Made by a program: the position numbers and the translations under genes. Positions 36,421-48,578 of a stretch of 64,000 nt of DNA are shown piece by piece (the first letter of the stretch is position 1; the number at the start of each line of letters is the position of its first letter). The stretch lies in contig CAZFYG010000005.1 in the NCBI GenBank assembly GCA_964523375.1, forward strand, positions 9,372 through 73,371, written 5' to 3'. Source of the DNA: an uncultured Gammaproteobacteria bacterium. Lineage in GTDB: Bacteria; Pseudomonadota; Gammaproteobacteria; Magnimaribacterales; D2472. Under the pieces are notes generated by a model. That model was not told where the DNA came from and searched no databases. It was given only the letters and a program-made list of their open reading frames with translations.

Positions 36421-37008
36421 ACATACTATTGTGTCTACTCTTTCATGCTCTATGAAACCATTTTGCAAAGCTTTTTTATATATTTCATATGGGGCTTGAC
36501 CACCTTTCTCAGGATCTTCGTAGATATCATGAATAACCAAAGCTCCTCCTTTTATGACATGTTTTGCCCATGAATTATAGTCATTTAAAGCAGATTCCAT
36601 TGAGTGTCCTCCATCAATAAAAACAAGACCAGCAGATGTACCCCAAGATTTTGAAGCCATTAAAGAAGAAGCAACAATTGGCACTATATTTTCTAAATTA
36701 TAATATTTGATGTTTTTTAAGAAAAGAGGGAATGTATTAACTTTGCTGTTTGCTTGATCATATACCTCATTATCAAAATACTCCTCTTTCAGCTGATGCT
36801 CTTCTGAGCCACTGTGATGATCAATTGTATAAACCACTTCATCAGCCTCGATCGCACCATGGGCAAGATAGATGGTTGATTTGCCACAGTATGTCCCTAT
36901 TTCAATAACAGGGCCCTTATAGCAGAAATTTTTAGCCCATTTATATAGAGCTTCTCCCTCATGAATTGGCATAAAACCCTTTATACTTTCAATATTTTCA
37001 ATAATCAT
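36406..37008 (-). CDS. Class I SAM-dependent methyltransferase (Methyltransf_24/O-methyltransferase-like)
   Basis: Motifs are IEIGTYCGKST, FIDGGHS and GGALVIHDI. ATGA overlap with the lpxL stop. Confidence 0.7.
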   Translation of the reverse strand: MIIENIESIKGFMPIHEGEALYKWAKNFCYKGPVIEIGTYCGKSTIYLAHGAIEADEVVYTIDHHSGSEEHQLKEEYFDNEVYDQANSKVNTFPLFLKNIKYYNLENIVPIVASSLMASKSWGTSAGLVFIDGGHSMESALNDYNSWAKHVIKGGALVIHDIYEDPEKGGQAPYEIYKKALQNGFIEHERVDTIVCLIKV

Positions 37009-37877
37009 TTATAAAAATTTTCCTTACCAAGCGTTGATTTAAACCTTCTATGCTGCCACAAATATTCTGAAGGATACTCCCTTATTGATTTTTCAAAAAT
37101 TTTATTCAAATCAGTAGACATTTTAAATGAAGAGGCCATATCAAGATTTAACTTTTTGAGATCAATTATATACTTACCATTTTTTATGTAGCTATCTAAA
37201 TAATATGTTTTACAGTCAGTCTTTTTTATTATTTTGTAAGGAGCGCTTAATGTTGCAGCTGGCTGACCAAAGAATTCAATAATTTCTGCCCCCTGCAAGC
37301 CATAGTCTTGATCAGTAGCATATAAAACAGTTTTTCCAGATTTGAGCCATTTTATAAATTTAAAAGGGTTATTTTTATTACATAAACCCTTAACTCCTTT
37401 TAATCTGCCATCCTTTTGGATTACATCAAAAAAGTCAGAGTTATGATTTCTTTCAACCCCATAAACATCAATACTCATACCCAAAAGCCTTGCATCAAGC
37501 TCTAAATGAAGGGAATGCTTAAAGAAAAGCAGAACGCCATAACCACTTTCTTGTTCTTTTTTTAATTCAGCCAATCCATTAATGCAATAATCAATCTCTT
37601 TATTGATTCGTGAATTGCTCCAAAACCAAGCCACTCCTGTATCAAACATAACTGAACCAGATTGGGCAATATTCTCTTTTATTAATTGTTGTTTTTTATG
37701 CTCTTCTAAATCCTTAAAACATACTTCTATATTTTTTTTACTAATAGCACTTCTTTTTTTTAAAAATATATTAAATATTAGGCTAACAAGATAACTAAGC
37801 TTATTTTGATATTTTCTTGGAATAGAAATAGACAGTTTCCAAAAAATTATTAGAAGTGATAAAAAATTATTTTTCAT
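37005..37877 (-). CDS. lpxL: Lipid A biosynthesis late acyltransferase (LpxL/HtrB family)
   Basis: 290 aa with an N-terminal membrane anchor. An HS(x4)E-like motif is present (FKHSLHLE). It sits divergently from waaA. Confidence 0.75.
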   Translation of the reverse strand: MKNNFLSLLIIFWKLSISIPRKYQNKLSYLVSLIFNIFLKKRSAISKKNIEVCFKDLEEHKKQQLIKENIAQSGSVMFDTGVAWFWSNSRINKEIDYCINGLAELKKEQESGYGVLLFFKHSLHLELDARLLGMSIDVYGVERNHNSDFFDVIQKDGRLKGVKGLCNKNNPFKFIKWLKSGKTVLYATDQDYGLQGAEIIEFFGQPAATLSAPYKIIKKTDCKTYYLDSYIKNGKYIIDLKKLNLDMASSFKMSTDLNKIFEKSIREYPSEYLWQHRRFKSTLGKENFYK

Positions 37878-37904
37878 ATAGATTTAGAATGTATTATTAC
37901 ATTA

Positions 37905-39161
37905 ATGTATGCAATGGTTGATTATATGAGACTACTTTTTTATAACTTATTAATTCTTATTTTCCTGCCTTTCATGCTTGCTCGAATATTAATTAAAAGT
38001 AAATATGATACGGACTACAGGCTGAATTTAACTCAGCGACTGGGCCGCTTATCATATGATGGCCCGGAGGGCGTGATATGGTTTCATGCAGTGAGTCTAG
38101 GAGAGGTCATATCTTCTGAAAAGCTTGTAAGAGAACTCCTGGAACATTCAAAAATTTTCTTAACTGTTTCGACCCCAACAGGGCTCAGGCAGGCTAAAAA
38201 AATCTATGGTGCAGGTGTTGAAATTGCATATGCTCCATGGGATTTTAACTTATTCATTAAAAGCTATTTTAATAAAATAAAGCCCTCAGCATTAGTTATT
38301 TTTGAGACAGAAATTTGGCCATCAATGATAAATACTGCATACCAAAATAATATTCCTGTTTTTCTCTGCAATGGAAGAATGTCAAATAATTCTTTTAAGA
38401 GATACGCTCGTTTTAAAAATATTACTTCGGATACTCTTAAGAAAATAAAAAGAATATTTGTTCAAAGTAAAGTGCAAGCTACTCGCTTTATTGAACTAGG
38501 TGCTGATGTTAATACTACAGAGGTTGTAGGATCTGTTAAATTTGATTCTGAAGAAATTTTCATTAATTCTATGAATAATACAAATAACGAAAAAATTGTT
38601 CTTTTTGCAAGCACTCACCCTGGAGAAGATGAAATTTTAATAGACGCCTTTATCAATTTAAACCAGGAGATACCAAATACAAAACTGATAATCGTTCCAA
38701 GGCATCCAGAAAGAGCAAGTTCTATATCATCAATTTTAAATAAAAAAAATATTTCTAATTCCTTGAGCTATAACAGCTCACTCAATTTTAATTCAGAATC
38801 AGCAATTGTAATTGCATCTATTGGACTGCTGAGTTCTCTATACTCACAAGCTAGCGTTGCTTTTGTTGGAGGAAGTTTGCTTGGAAGCTCGGGGGGTCAC
38901 AATATAATAGAGCCAGCTGCGGCTGGATGTCCTTTTGTTGTAGGTCCGTACATGTATAACTTCCAGGATATTTTAGAGGAATTTTTAAATGCAGATGCTT
39001 GTATCCAGATAACTGAATACAAAGAAATAGAACAATCATTGAAAACAATATTGACTGATAAAGATCAGCATGAAAAAATAAATGCTTCAGCTCTAGTTAC
39101 GCAAAACAAAGGTTCCTCAAAGCTGCAGGCAAATAAAATATTACAATTATTAAAAAATTAG
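37905..39161 (+). CDS. waaA: 3-deoxy-D-manno-octulosonic acid (Kdo) transferase
   Basis: WFHAVSLGE motif, GT30 fold and PRHPER motif. The true start may be ATG 37926 (MRLLFYNLL). Confidence 0.9.
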   Translation: MYAMVDYMRLLFYNLLILIFLPFMLARILIKSKYDTDYRLNLTQRLGRLSYDGPEGVIWFHAVSLGEVISSEKLVRELLEHSKIFLTVSTPTGLRQAKKIYGAGVEIAYAPWDFNLFIKSYFNKIKPSALVIFETEIWPSMINTAYQNNIPVFLCNGRMSNNSFKRYARFKNITSDTLKKIKRIFVQSKVQATRFIELGADVNTTEVVGSVKFDSEEIFINSMNNTNNEKIVLFASTHPGEDEILIDAFINLNQEIPNTKLIIVPRHPERASSISSILNKKNISNSLSYNSSLNFNSESAIVIASIGLLSSLYSQASVAFVGGSLLGSSGGHNIIEPAAAGCPFVVGPYMYNFQDILEEFLNADACIQITEYKEIEQSLKTILTDKDQHEKINASALVTQNKGSSKLQANKILQLLKN

Positions 39162-39509
<348 letters not shown>

Positions 39510-39550
39510 ATACTATTAACAAAATACCAAAAAATAAAATTATATTCCTA

Positions 39551-40450
39551 TTGGGCCCAACTGCTTCAGGAAAAACTGAGCTGGCCATAAATCTATTTGA
39601 AAAATTTAATATAGAATTAATAAGTGTTGATTCTGTGATGGTTTATAGGGGTGCCAACATTGGCTCTGCAAAACCAACTGACGATGTGCTCTCTAATTAT
39701 CCCCATCATCTTGTTAATAATAAATCATTAAATGAAATATATTCTGTTGCAGAGTTTTGTAGTGATTCATTGCAATTAATTCAAGAAGTGCATTCAAGAA
39801 ATAAAGTGCCTTTATTTGTTGGAGGCTCAATGATGTATTTCAAATCACTCTTAAGGGGAATTGATAAATTACCACAAAGAGATGATGGTTACAGGGAGGC
39901 GCTTATGAAGTTGAAAGCATCAGAGGATAGTCACTATCTCTATAATTTACTTTTCTTAAAGGATCAAGATTATGCAAGAGTAGTTAAACCAAATGATGAA
40001 AAAAGAATAATCCGAGCACTAGAAGTTATAAATACAACAGGAGAGAAAATGTCAGAACAAATCAATTCTGGCTCCAATTTAACCCTCTTTAATAAATATA
40101 ATATTCATCAAATAGCAATTTACGATCAAGATAGAGAAATGCTACATAAAAGAATAGAGAATAGGCTTTCAATCATGCTTAATGACGGTCTCATTGAAGA
40201 AGTTAAGGGGCTTGTTAATAGATACACCCTTAAGGAACAACATCCAATTTTAAGTGCTGTAAATTATAAGCAAACCATAAACTATCTCGAGGGCTTGATT
40301 GATAGAAAGGATTTATTTAACAAGGCTTTATATGCCTCAAGGCAATTAGCAAAGAGACAAATAACCTGGATTAGATCATGGGATGATTTAAATATATTTA
40401 ATATTAATTCCCAGCGCGAAATAGAAAAAAGTATCAGAAACTTTATCTAG
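39551..40450 (+). CDS. miaA: tRNA dimethylallyltransferase (5' boundary uncertain, see findings)
   Basis: GPTASGKT P-loop, SVDSVMVYRG and RQ.TW motifs. The frame is open back to 39488 and encodes the conserved KIIFL strand, but it has no ATG, GTG or TTG. Confidence 0.88.
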   Translation: MGPTASGKTELAINLFEKFNIELISVDSVMVYRGANIGSAKPTDDVLSNYPHHLVNNKSLNEIYSVAEFCSDSLQLIQEVHSRNKVPLFVGGSMMYFKSLLRGIDKLPQRDDGYREALMKLKASEDSHYLYNLLFLKDQDYARVVKPNDEKRIIRALEVINTTGEKMSEQINSGSNLTLFNKYNIHQIAIYDQDREMLHKRIENRLSIMLNDGLIEEVKGLVNRYTLKEQHPILSAVNYKQTINYLEGLIDRKDLFNKALYASRQLAKRQITWIRSWDDLNIFNINSQREIEKSIRNFI

Positions 40451-40524
40451 ATGGCTTTAAATATTTTCTTAAGACCATACATAAGGGATATAATAAATTA
40501 ATATTATTTAACGAGGTATCTCAC

Positions 40525-41587
40525 ATGAACTGGGAAAATAAAGATAAAGACCCATGGGGCGGCAAAAATAATTCAGGTGATTTTGATGATCTCCTAAAAA
40601 AATTCGCTTCCGTCATGGGAGCAAAAAAAGAAGGATCCTCAAACGGTTCTAATTCTTCTGGCGGTGGCTTTAATATGTCTTCTGGAAGAATGTTTTTGTA
40701 TGCCTTTTTTGCATTTACTATTGTTTATGCATCTCAATGTATTTACCAATTAGATGCATCTGAAAGAGCAGTAATCTTAAGGCTTGGAAAGTTTCATGAA
40801 GAGCAAACTGAAGGATTGAATTTTAGACTTGCAGGCATAGATGATAGGTATATAGAAAATGTTTCGCTAACTAGAAGATATACCCAAACAAATAGCATGT
40901 TAACAAAAGATGAAAATATAGTAGATGTTACTGTGTCAGCTCAATATAGGATTGCTAACCTGAAAGATTTTGTGCTCAATGTAAAAGATCCTGAAGGAAG
41001 TTTAAGGAATGCTATTGAAAGCGCTCTACGACATGTTGTTGGAGATAATACTCTTGACCAAACTTTGACTGTAGGAAGGGAAAATATTGCATTCGAAGTT
41101 CAGAATAGACTTCAGGAATATTTAGACTTATACCAAACAGGATTGCTTGTTCAACAGGTTAATATTGAAAAAACAGATCCACCAGCTGCAGTAAAAAATG
41201 CATTTGATGATGTAGTAGCAGCAAGAGAAGATAAAGAGAGGCTTCAAAATGAAGCACAAAGATATGCTTTAACCATTGTGCCAGAAGCAAGAGGTCAAGC
41301 GCAGGCAAGAATAAGAAATGCTGAAGGTTACAAATTAGAGGTTGTTGCTAATGCAGAGGGTGAAACCGAAAGATTTAGCCAGCTTTTGCAAGAATATAGC
41401 AAGGCCCCAGAGGTAACAAGAGACAGGCTTTATTTAGATGCATTACAGTCTGTTTTGACTAATTCAACTAAAATAATGGTTGACGTTGAAGGCGGTAACA
41501 ACTTGTTATACCTACCGCTGGATAAAATCATGGAAGAAAACAAGAAGCAAGATAATTACAATAGAAATAATTTAAGGAGAGACGACG

Positions 41588-41595
<8 letters not shown>
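40525..41595 (+). CDS. hflK: FtsH protease modulator HflK
   Basis: N-terminus carries DPWGG and a Gly/Ser-rich tract, followed by a TM helix and a SPFH/band-7 domain. Confidence 0.9.
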
Positions 41596-43682
<2,087 letters not shown>

Positions 43683-43686
43683 GGCT

Positions 43687-44103
43687 TTACTTTTGTAATT
43701 TTAAATATTTATCAAGATAAGTATTTATAAATTTATAAGATTCAGGGTTTGAAAATTTCTTTGATAACCTTAATGACTCGTCAATTATTAGAGGCCCATC
43801 TAATTCCATCGCCTTAAATTCATTTATTGCAAAGTAAAGAATAGATTTATCGATCAACTCCATATCAGAATTTTTTATATTTAAATCCTCTAGATTCTTT
43901 TGAATAACATCTTGATGCTCGCTTATTGATGTCAATGATCTATTAAAATAAGCAAAATCTACATTTTTTTTCTTTGCATGTTCTTTTTTAAACTGCTTTA
44001 AAATACTATCCGCATCTTGATCATTAAAAAGAAGTTGAAAGATTGCTTGAACTAAATATTCCCTTGTACGGATAATATTTTTATATTTCGCTAAATTTTT
44101 CAA
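43687..44103 (-). CDS. nusB: Transcription antitermination factor NusB
   Basis: 138 aa helical protein located downstream of ribH, the canonical position. Confidence 0.85.
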   Translation of the reverse strand: MKNLAKYKNIIRTREYLVQAIFQLLFNDQDADSILKQFKKEHAKKKNVDFAYFNRSLTSISEHQDVIQKNLEDLNIKNSDMELIDKSILYFAINEFKAMELDGPLIIDESLRLSKKFSNPESYKFINTYLDKYLKLQK

Positions 44104-44565
44104 TTATATCTCCATCATCTCTAATAGAGATTGAGTAATTTCTTTGCCTTTATTCAGACAGGTGGGCGAGGCTCTCTCCTCAGCTTGTTCAAGATTATTT
44201 GTTGCTAAGATACCATTAGCTATTGGAACCATACTTTTTAACGTAATATCCATCAAGGCCTGAGACGATGTATTGGAAATAATATCAAAATGAGGTGTTT
44301 CACCTTTTATTATTGCTCCAAAGGCTATAATTCCATCCGCACCTCTTTCTATAGCTTTTAGACATCCGAATGGTATTTCCCATGCACCAGGAACTCTTAA
44401 TACTTCGACATTGGTAACATTTAAACTACCTAAGTGTTTTAAAGATTCATTAACCATTTTTGTAACAATCCCATCATTCCATTTACTAGCAACAATTGAA
44501 ATATTTTTGTTACCAATCAATGAATTTGTTAAATCGCCATATTGAAACCCATCCTGTGTTTTCAT
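44104..44565 (-). CDS. ribH: 6,7-dimethyl-8-ribityllumazine synthase
   Basis: Motifs are VPGAWEIP, GAIIKGETPHFD and ANGILT. Confidence 0.92.
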   Translation of the reverse strand: MKTQDGFQYGDLTNSLIGNKNISIVASKWNDGIVTKMVNESLKHLGSLNVTNVEVLRVPGAWEIPFGCLKAIERGADGIIAFGAIIKGETPHFDIISNTSSQALMDITLKSMVPIANGILATNNLEQAEERASPTCLNKGKEITQSLLEMMEI

Positions 44566-45638
44566 TTCACAAACCCCACAATTTCTATATCAAAACCAGA
44601 CAACGAAGGATATTTAAGAGGTGCGGCAAGAAGTCTAATTTTCTTCAACCCCAGCTCTCTTAAAATCTGCGACCCAACTCCAGAAACTCTTGTGTCGGGA
44701 ACCCATTTTTTTTCAGAACCTTGCAAATGTCCAATTAGTTCGTCGGGAGTTTCTTGATTGCCAATTAACAGCAAAACTCCCACTTCTTCTTTACATACTC
44801 TATCAATTGCATCTTGAAAAGAAAGCCTGGAACCAAATTCATCTATACCAACCAAATCATGAATTAAGTTTGGCGCATGAACACGCACAATAGGGGCTTC
44901 TTCTGAGCTCAAGTTACCTTTTGTAAATGCGAGATGTAACTTACCAAAGATAGTATCTTTCCATGCGGTAAGAGTTAATTTATTGCCTCTTACATGAACC
45001 TCTCTTTCGTATTCTTTAGTAATTGATTTTTCTTTAACAGCTCTATATTGAATGAGATCAGCGATCGTTCCAATTTTTAAATCATGCTTTGCTGCAAACA
45101 GCATTAGGTCGTCTCTTCTTGCCATTGTTCCATCATCATTCATGATCTCACAAATAACTCCCGAAGGTTCTAATCCAGCTAGTCTTGATAAGTCGCATGC
45201 CGCCTCTGTGTGTCCAGCTCTATTAAGAACCCCTCCATCCATAGCTTTTAATGGGAAAATATGACCAGGTTGGACAATATCATTTTGATCAGATTCTTCT
45301 GCAACTGCTGTTCTGATTGTATGAGATCTATCAGCTGCTGAAATTCCTGTAGTTATTCCAGATGCAGCCTCAATAGAGACGGTAAAAGCTGTTCCATGAT
45401 TTGCTTTATTGCTATCTGTCATCATGGGGAGATTTAATTCATCACATTTTTTTGAATCTAGAGTAAGGCAAACCAAACCTTTGGCCTTAGATATCATAAA
45501 ATTAATAATTTCAGGTGTTACTAGCTGAGATGCACATACAAGATCTCCTTCATTCTCTCTATCCTCGTCATCAAGCAGGATAACCATTTTGCCATTTTGG
45601 ATATCAGTGATTAGTTCTTCGACTTTATTAAAATTCAT
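44562..45638 (-). CDS. ribB: 3,4-dihydroxy-2-butanone-4-phosphate synthase fused to a degenerate GTP cyclohydrolase II-like domain (RibBX type)
   Basis: The N-terminal half has intact RibB motifs (DDEDRENEGDL, GHTEA). The C-terminal half has RVHAPNLIHDLVG where RibA has RVHSECLTGD, contains a single Cys and lacks the Zn-binding Cys triad. Confidence 0.8.
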   Translation of the reverse strand: MNFNKVEELITDIQNGKMVILLDDEDRENEGDLVCASQLVTPEIINFMISKAKGLVCLTLDSKKCDELNLPMMTDSNKANHGTAFTVSIEAASGITTGISAADRSHTIRTAVAEESDQNDIVQPGHIFPLKAMDGGVLNRAGHTEAACDLSRLAGLEPSGVICEIMNDDGTMARRDDLMLFAAKHDLKIGTIADLIQYRAVKEKSITKEYEREVHVRGNKLTLTAWKDTIFGKLHLAFTKGNLSSEEAPIVRVHAPNLIHDLVGIDEFGSRLSFQDAIDRVCKEEVGVLLLIGNQETPDELIGHLQGSEKKWVPDTRVSGVGSQILRELGLKKIRLLAAPLKYPSLSGFDIEIVGFVK

Positions 45639-46747
45639 TTATATTTATTTTTTTTACGCATTATAATCTTAATATCATCACCAACGAGCATTGAATCATA
45701 TATTTTAAATTTCTTTGCATCACTTAAAATACTTGGAGGCTTAATAGACATACTGTCTATGGATTTTTTTCCTAAAATTTTTGGAGATATATAGAGGATT
45801 AGCTCATCCACAAGACCTTCTTCCAGAAAAGAAGTAAATACATTTGAGCCTCCTTCAACCAATATAGAATTTAATTCATGCTTGGCTAATTCTTTGAGAG
45901 TATCATGCAAGGTTGAACTTTTCTTAATTGGAATTTTTGTAAGGTTCCCATCTTTTGAATGCGACAAAAATTTCCTCGAACATACAATAACTTCACCAGC
46001 CCCTTTTAGAATTTTAATATCATCTTGACCAGTTAAAAAACTGGAACCCAAAACAATTTTCTTTGGCTGTCCTCTATTTGAGTTACTAATATTTTCTCTT
46101 ATATTAAGCCTAGGATTATCTTTTAAAATAGTGCCTGACCCAACTAAAATACCATCACTGGCTAACCTTATTTGTTGCACATCATCTCTAGATTTCTTTG
46201 AGGTTATCCATTTACTTTCTCCATTAGATAATGCAATTTTTGCATCTAAAGACTGAGCTATTTTTATTCTTATAAATGGTCTTCCTTTTTTATGCCTAAA
46301 AAAGAAGTCATGATTGATACTGATAGCTTGTTTTTCAAGTAACCCCACCTCAACATTAATACCGCTTTCTTTTAGAATTTTTACCCCATTTCCATTTATT
46401 TTTTTATTTGGGTCAAGGCTTGCACAAAATACATTCTTAACACCATGCTCTATAAAAGAAGATGTGCATGGTGGAGTTTTTGAAAATATAGAGCAGGGCT
46501 CAAGAGTGACATATGCAGTAGAATCAAAGAGAAGTTTAGCCGCCTTAGCCTTGCCGTATTTTCTAATACAATAATTAATAGCATTTACTTCTGCGTGATG
46601 ACCACCATATTTTCTATGGTAACCCCTTCCAATAATTTCATTATTTTTAACTAAGATGCATCCGACCTTTGGATTTGGATGCACATTATATGAACCTTTA
46701 AGAGCAAGGCTTATAGCTTCCTGCATATAACCTTCTTGAGTCATCAC
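45635..46747 (-). CDS. ribD: Bifunctional riboflavin biosynthesis deaminase/reductase
   Basis: Deaminase motifs are HAEVNA and LEPCSIFSKTPPC. A C-terminal reductase domain is present. Confidence 0.92.
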   Translation of the reverse strand: MMTQEGYMQEAISLALKGSYNVHPNPKVGCILVKNNEIIGRGYHRKYGGHHAEVNAINYCIRKYGKAKAAKLLFDSTAYVTLEPCSIFSKTPPCTSSFIEHGVKNVFCASLDPNKKINGNGVKILKESGINVEVGLLEKQAISINHDFFFRHKKGRPFIRIKIAQSLDAKIALSNGESKWITSKKSRDDVQQIRLASDGILVGSGTILKDNPRLNIRENISNSNRGQPKKIVLGSSFLTGQDDIKILKGAGEVIVCSRKFLSHSKDGNLTKIPIKKSSTLHDTLKELAKHELNSILVEGGSNVFTSFLEEGLVDELILYISPKILGKKSIDSMSIKPPSILSDAKKFKIYDSMLVGDDIKIIMRKKNKYK

Positions 46748-47215
46748 TTATTTCTTTTTAGGATTTTCTTTATTGAGGGAGTTTATCTCCGCAGAAAAAT
46801 CTTTAATATCTTGGAAGTCTCTATAAACTGAAGCAAATCTTACATAAGCAACTTTATCAACCTCTTTTAGAGAGTCCATTATAAATTCACCTACGCGAAG
46901 AGATTTAATTTCTCGTTCTCCACATGTTCTAATTTTATATAGTATTTTATTAAAACAAGCATCAACTTCTTCAGTAGAAAGTGGTCTTTTCTCAAGAGCC
47001 CTCAACATTCCTTTCTTAAGTTTTGATCCATCAAACAGCTGTCTTTCACCATCACTTTTTATTACCTTAGGCAAGGCTAGATCAGCAGTTTCAAAGGTGG
47101 TAAATCTTGATTGACAAACTTCACATGAACGCCTTCTTCTTGTCTGGGAACCATCTGCAACAAGACGAGAGTCTATTACTTTAGTATCTTCAGCTTGGCA
47201 ATATGGACAGTGCAT
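46748..47215 (-). CDS. nrdR: Transcriptional repressor NrdR
   Basis: MHCPYCQAEDTKVIDSR zinc ribbon plus an ATP-cone domain. Confidence 0.95.
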   Translation of the reverse strand: MHCPYCQAEDTKVIDSRLVADGSQTRRRRSCEVCQSRFTTFETADLALPKVIKSDGERQLFDGSKLKKGMLRALEKRPLSTEEVDACFNKILYKIRTCGEREIKSLRVGEFIMDSLKEVDKVAYVRFASVYRDFQDIKDFSAEINSLNKENPKKK

Positions 47216-48535
47216 CTATAGGCTGTAAACAGGGTATTTATTGCAAAGAGCACTTATCTTCTTTTTAATTTCTTCGTGTTTTTTATTGTCATCCATATTC
47301 AAGATAATATCGCATATCCAATTGCTTATTAACTTAACTTCTTTTTCTTTAAACCCTCTAGTTGTGATTGCAGGAGTTCCAAGCCTCACTCCAGATGTAA
47401 CAAAAGGAGATTTAGGATCATTTGGCACAGAGTTTTTATTGACTGTAATATTTACTTCACCTAAAACTCTTTCCAAGTCCTTGCCTGTAATATTCTTACT
47501 TCTAAGGTCAACTAGAACTATATGGTTTTCAGTCCCACCTGTAACAACATCAATACCACGAGACATAATTGTTTGGCTCATTACTTTTGCATTATTTATA
47601 ACTTGCTTAATATATTTTTTAAATTCAGGATCTAAGGCCTCTTTAAAACAAATAGCTTTTGCAGCAACAACATGCATCAGAGGTCCTCCCTGAGACCCAG
47701 GAAAAACAGCAGAATTAAGTTTTTTATGAAGCTCCGGATTTTCTTTAGCTAATATTATTCCAGATCTTGGTCCTCTTAAAGTTTTATGAGTTGTTGAGGT
47801 TACAACATCGGCATATGGGATTGGAGAGGGGTATAGCCCTGCTGCAACCAAGCCAGAAACATGCGCCATATCTACAAGGAAATACGCCCCCACCTCATCT
47901 GCAATTTCCCTAAATTTGCTCCAGTCTACTATTCCTGAAAAAGCAGAAAACCCTGCAATGATTAATTTAGGCTTATGTTCAATTGCCATTTCACGAACTT
48001 GATCATAGTCTATGTCATGAGTTTCCGGATGAAGGCCATACTGGTAACTTGTATAATTTCTACCTGAAAAATTAACTTTTGCACCATGGGTCAAGTGGCC
48101 ACCATGATCTAAGCTCATACCCAAAATAACATCATTTGGTTTTAGTAAGGCTAAAAATGCTGCAGCATTTGCTGAAGAGCCAGAGTGTGGTTGAACGTTT
48201 GCGTATGCTGCTCCAAATAGCTTTTTAGCTCTTTCAATTGCAAGCTCTTCCGCAACATCAACATGCTCACACCCTCCATAATACCTTTTTGATGGATAGC
48301 CTTCGGCATATTTATTAGTTAGGATTGAACCCTGGGCTTCTAAAATTCTATTGCTAGCATAATTTTCTGATGCTATTAGCTCGACATGATCCTCTTGCCT
48401 TTGAGATTCATTTTTAAAAGAGCTCCATAACTCATCATCATAACTCTCAATATTTTCAGTATTTGAAAAAATTGAGTCTGCTCTCGAAGATTTTTGCGTA
48501 GAGCTAAACAAACCGTTTTTAATCTTATTAAACAA
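47216..48535 (-). CDS. glyA: Serine hydroxymethyltransferase
   Basis: ELIASENY motif and [10 protein letters not shown] (PLP Lys). TTG start after GGAG gives about 20 extra N-terminal residues relative to E. coli GlyA. Confidence 0.95.
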   Translation of the reverse strand: MFNKIKNGLFSSTQKSSRADSIFSNTENIESYDDELWSSFKNESQRQEDHVELIASENYASNRILEAQGSILTNKYAEGYPSKRYYGGCEHVDVAEELAIERAKKLFGAAYANVQPHSGSSANAAAFLALLKPNDVILGMSLDHGGHLTHGAKVNFSGRNYTSYQYGLHPETHDIDYDQVREMAIEHKPKLIIAGFSAFSGIVDWSKFREIADEVGAYFLVDMAHVSGLVAAGLYPSPIPYADVVTSTTHKTLRGPRSGIILAKENPELHKKLNSAVFPGSQGGPLMHVVAAKAICFKEALDPEFKKYIKQVINNAKVMSQTIMSRGIDVVTGGTENHIVLVDLRSKNITGKDLERVLGEVNITVNKNSVPNDPKSPFVTSGVRLGTPAITTRGFKEKEVKLISNWICDIILNMDDNKKHEEIKKKISALCNKYPVYSL

Positions 48536-48578
48536 CTTTTTCTCCAGAAGTATTAATTATCGACTTATTTTAAATCAT

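Noticed and set aside
44562-45100. Annotation of the rib fusion as a functional bifunctional RibBA
   Set aside because: The C-terminal domain lacks the cysteine triad and the HSEC-type motif of GTP cyclohydrolase II, so only the RibB activity is supported.
47241-47693. A 150-aa ORF antisense to glyA
   Set aside because: glyA is unambiguous on the opposite strand and the antisense translation shows no recognisable motifs. The same reasoning applies to 55157-55606 and 56987-57262 (antisense to the RND gene), 20943-21341 (gltD), 10982-11407 and 11591-11959 (BI-1 region), 39158-39448 (glnB), 52302-52598 and 53471-53794 (dxs), 31870-32451 (algC), and the remaining short tracked ORFs that lie within the well-supported genes listed above.
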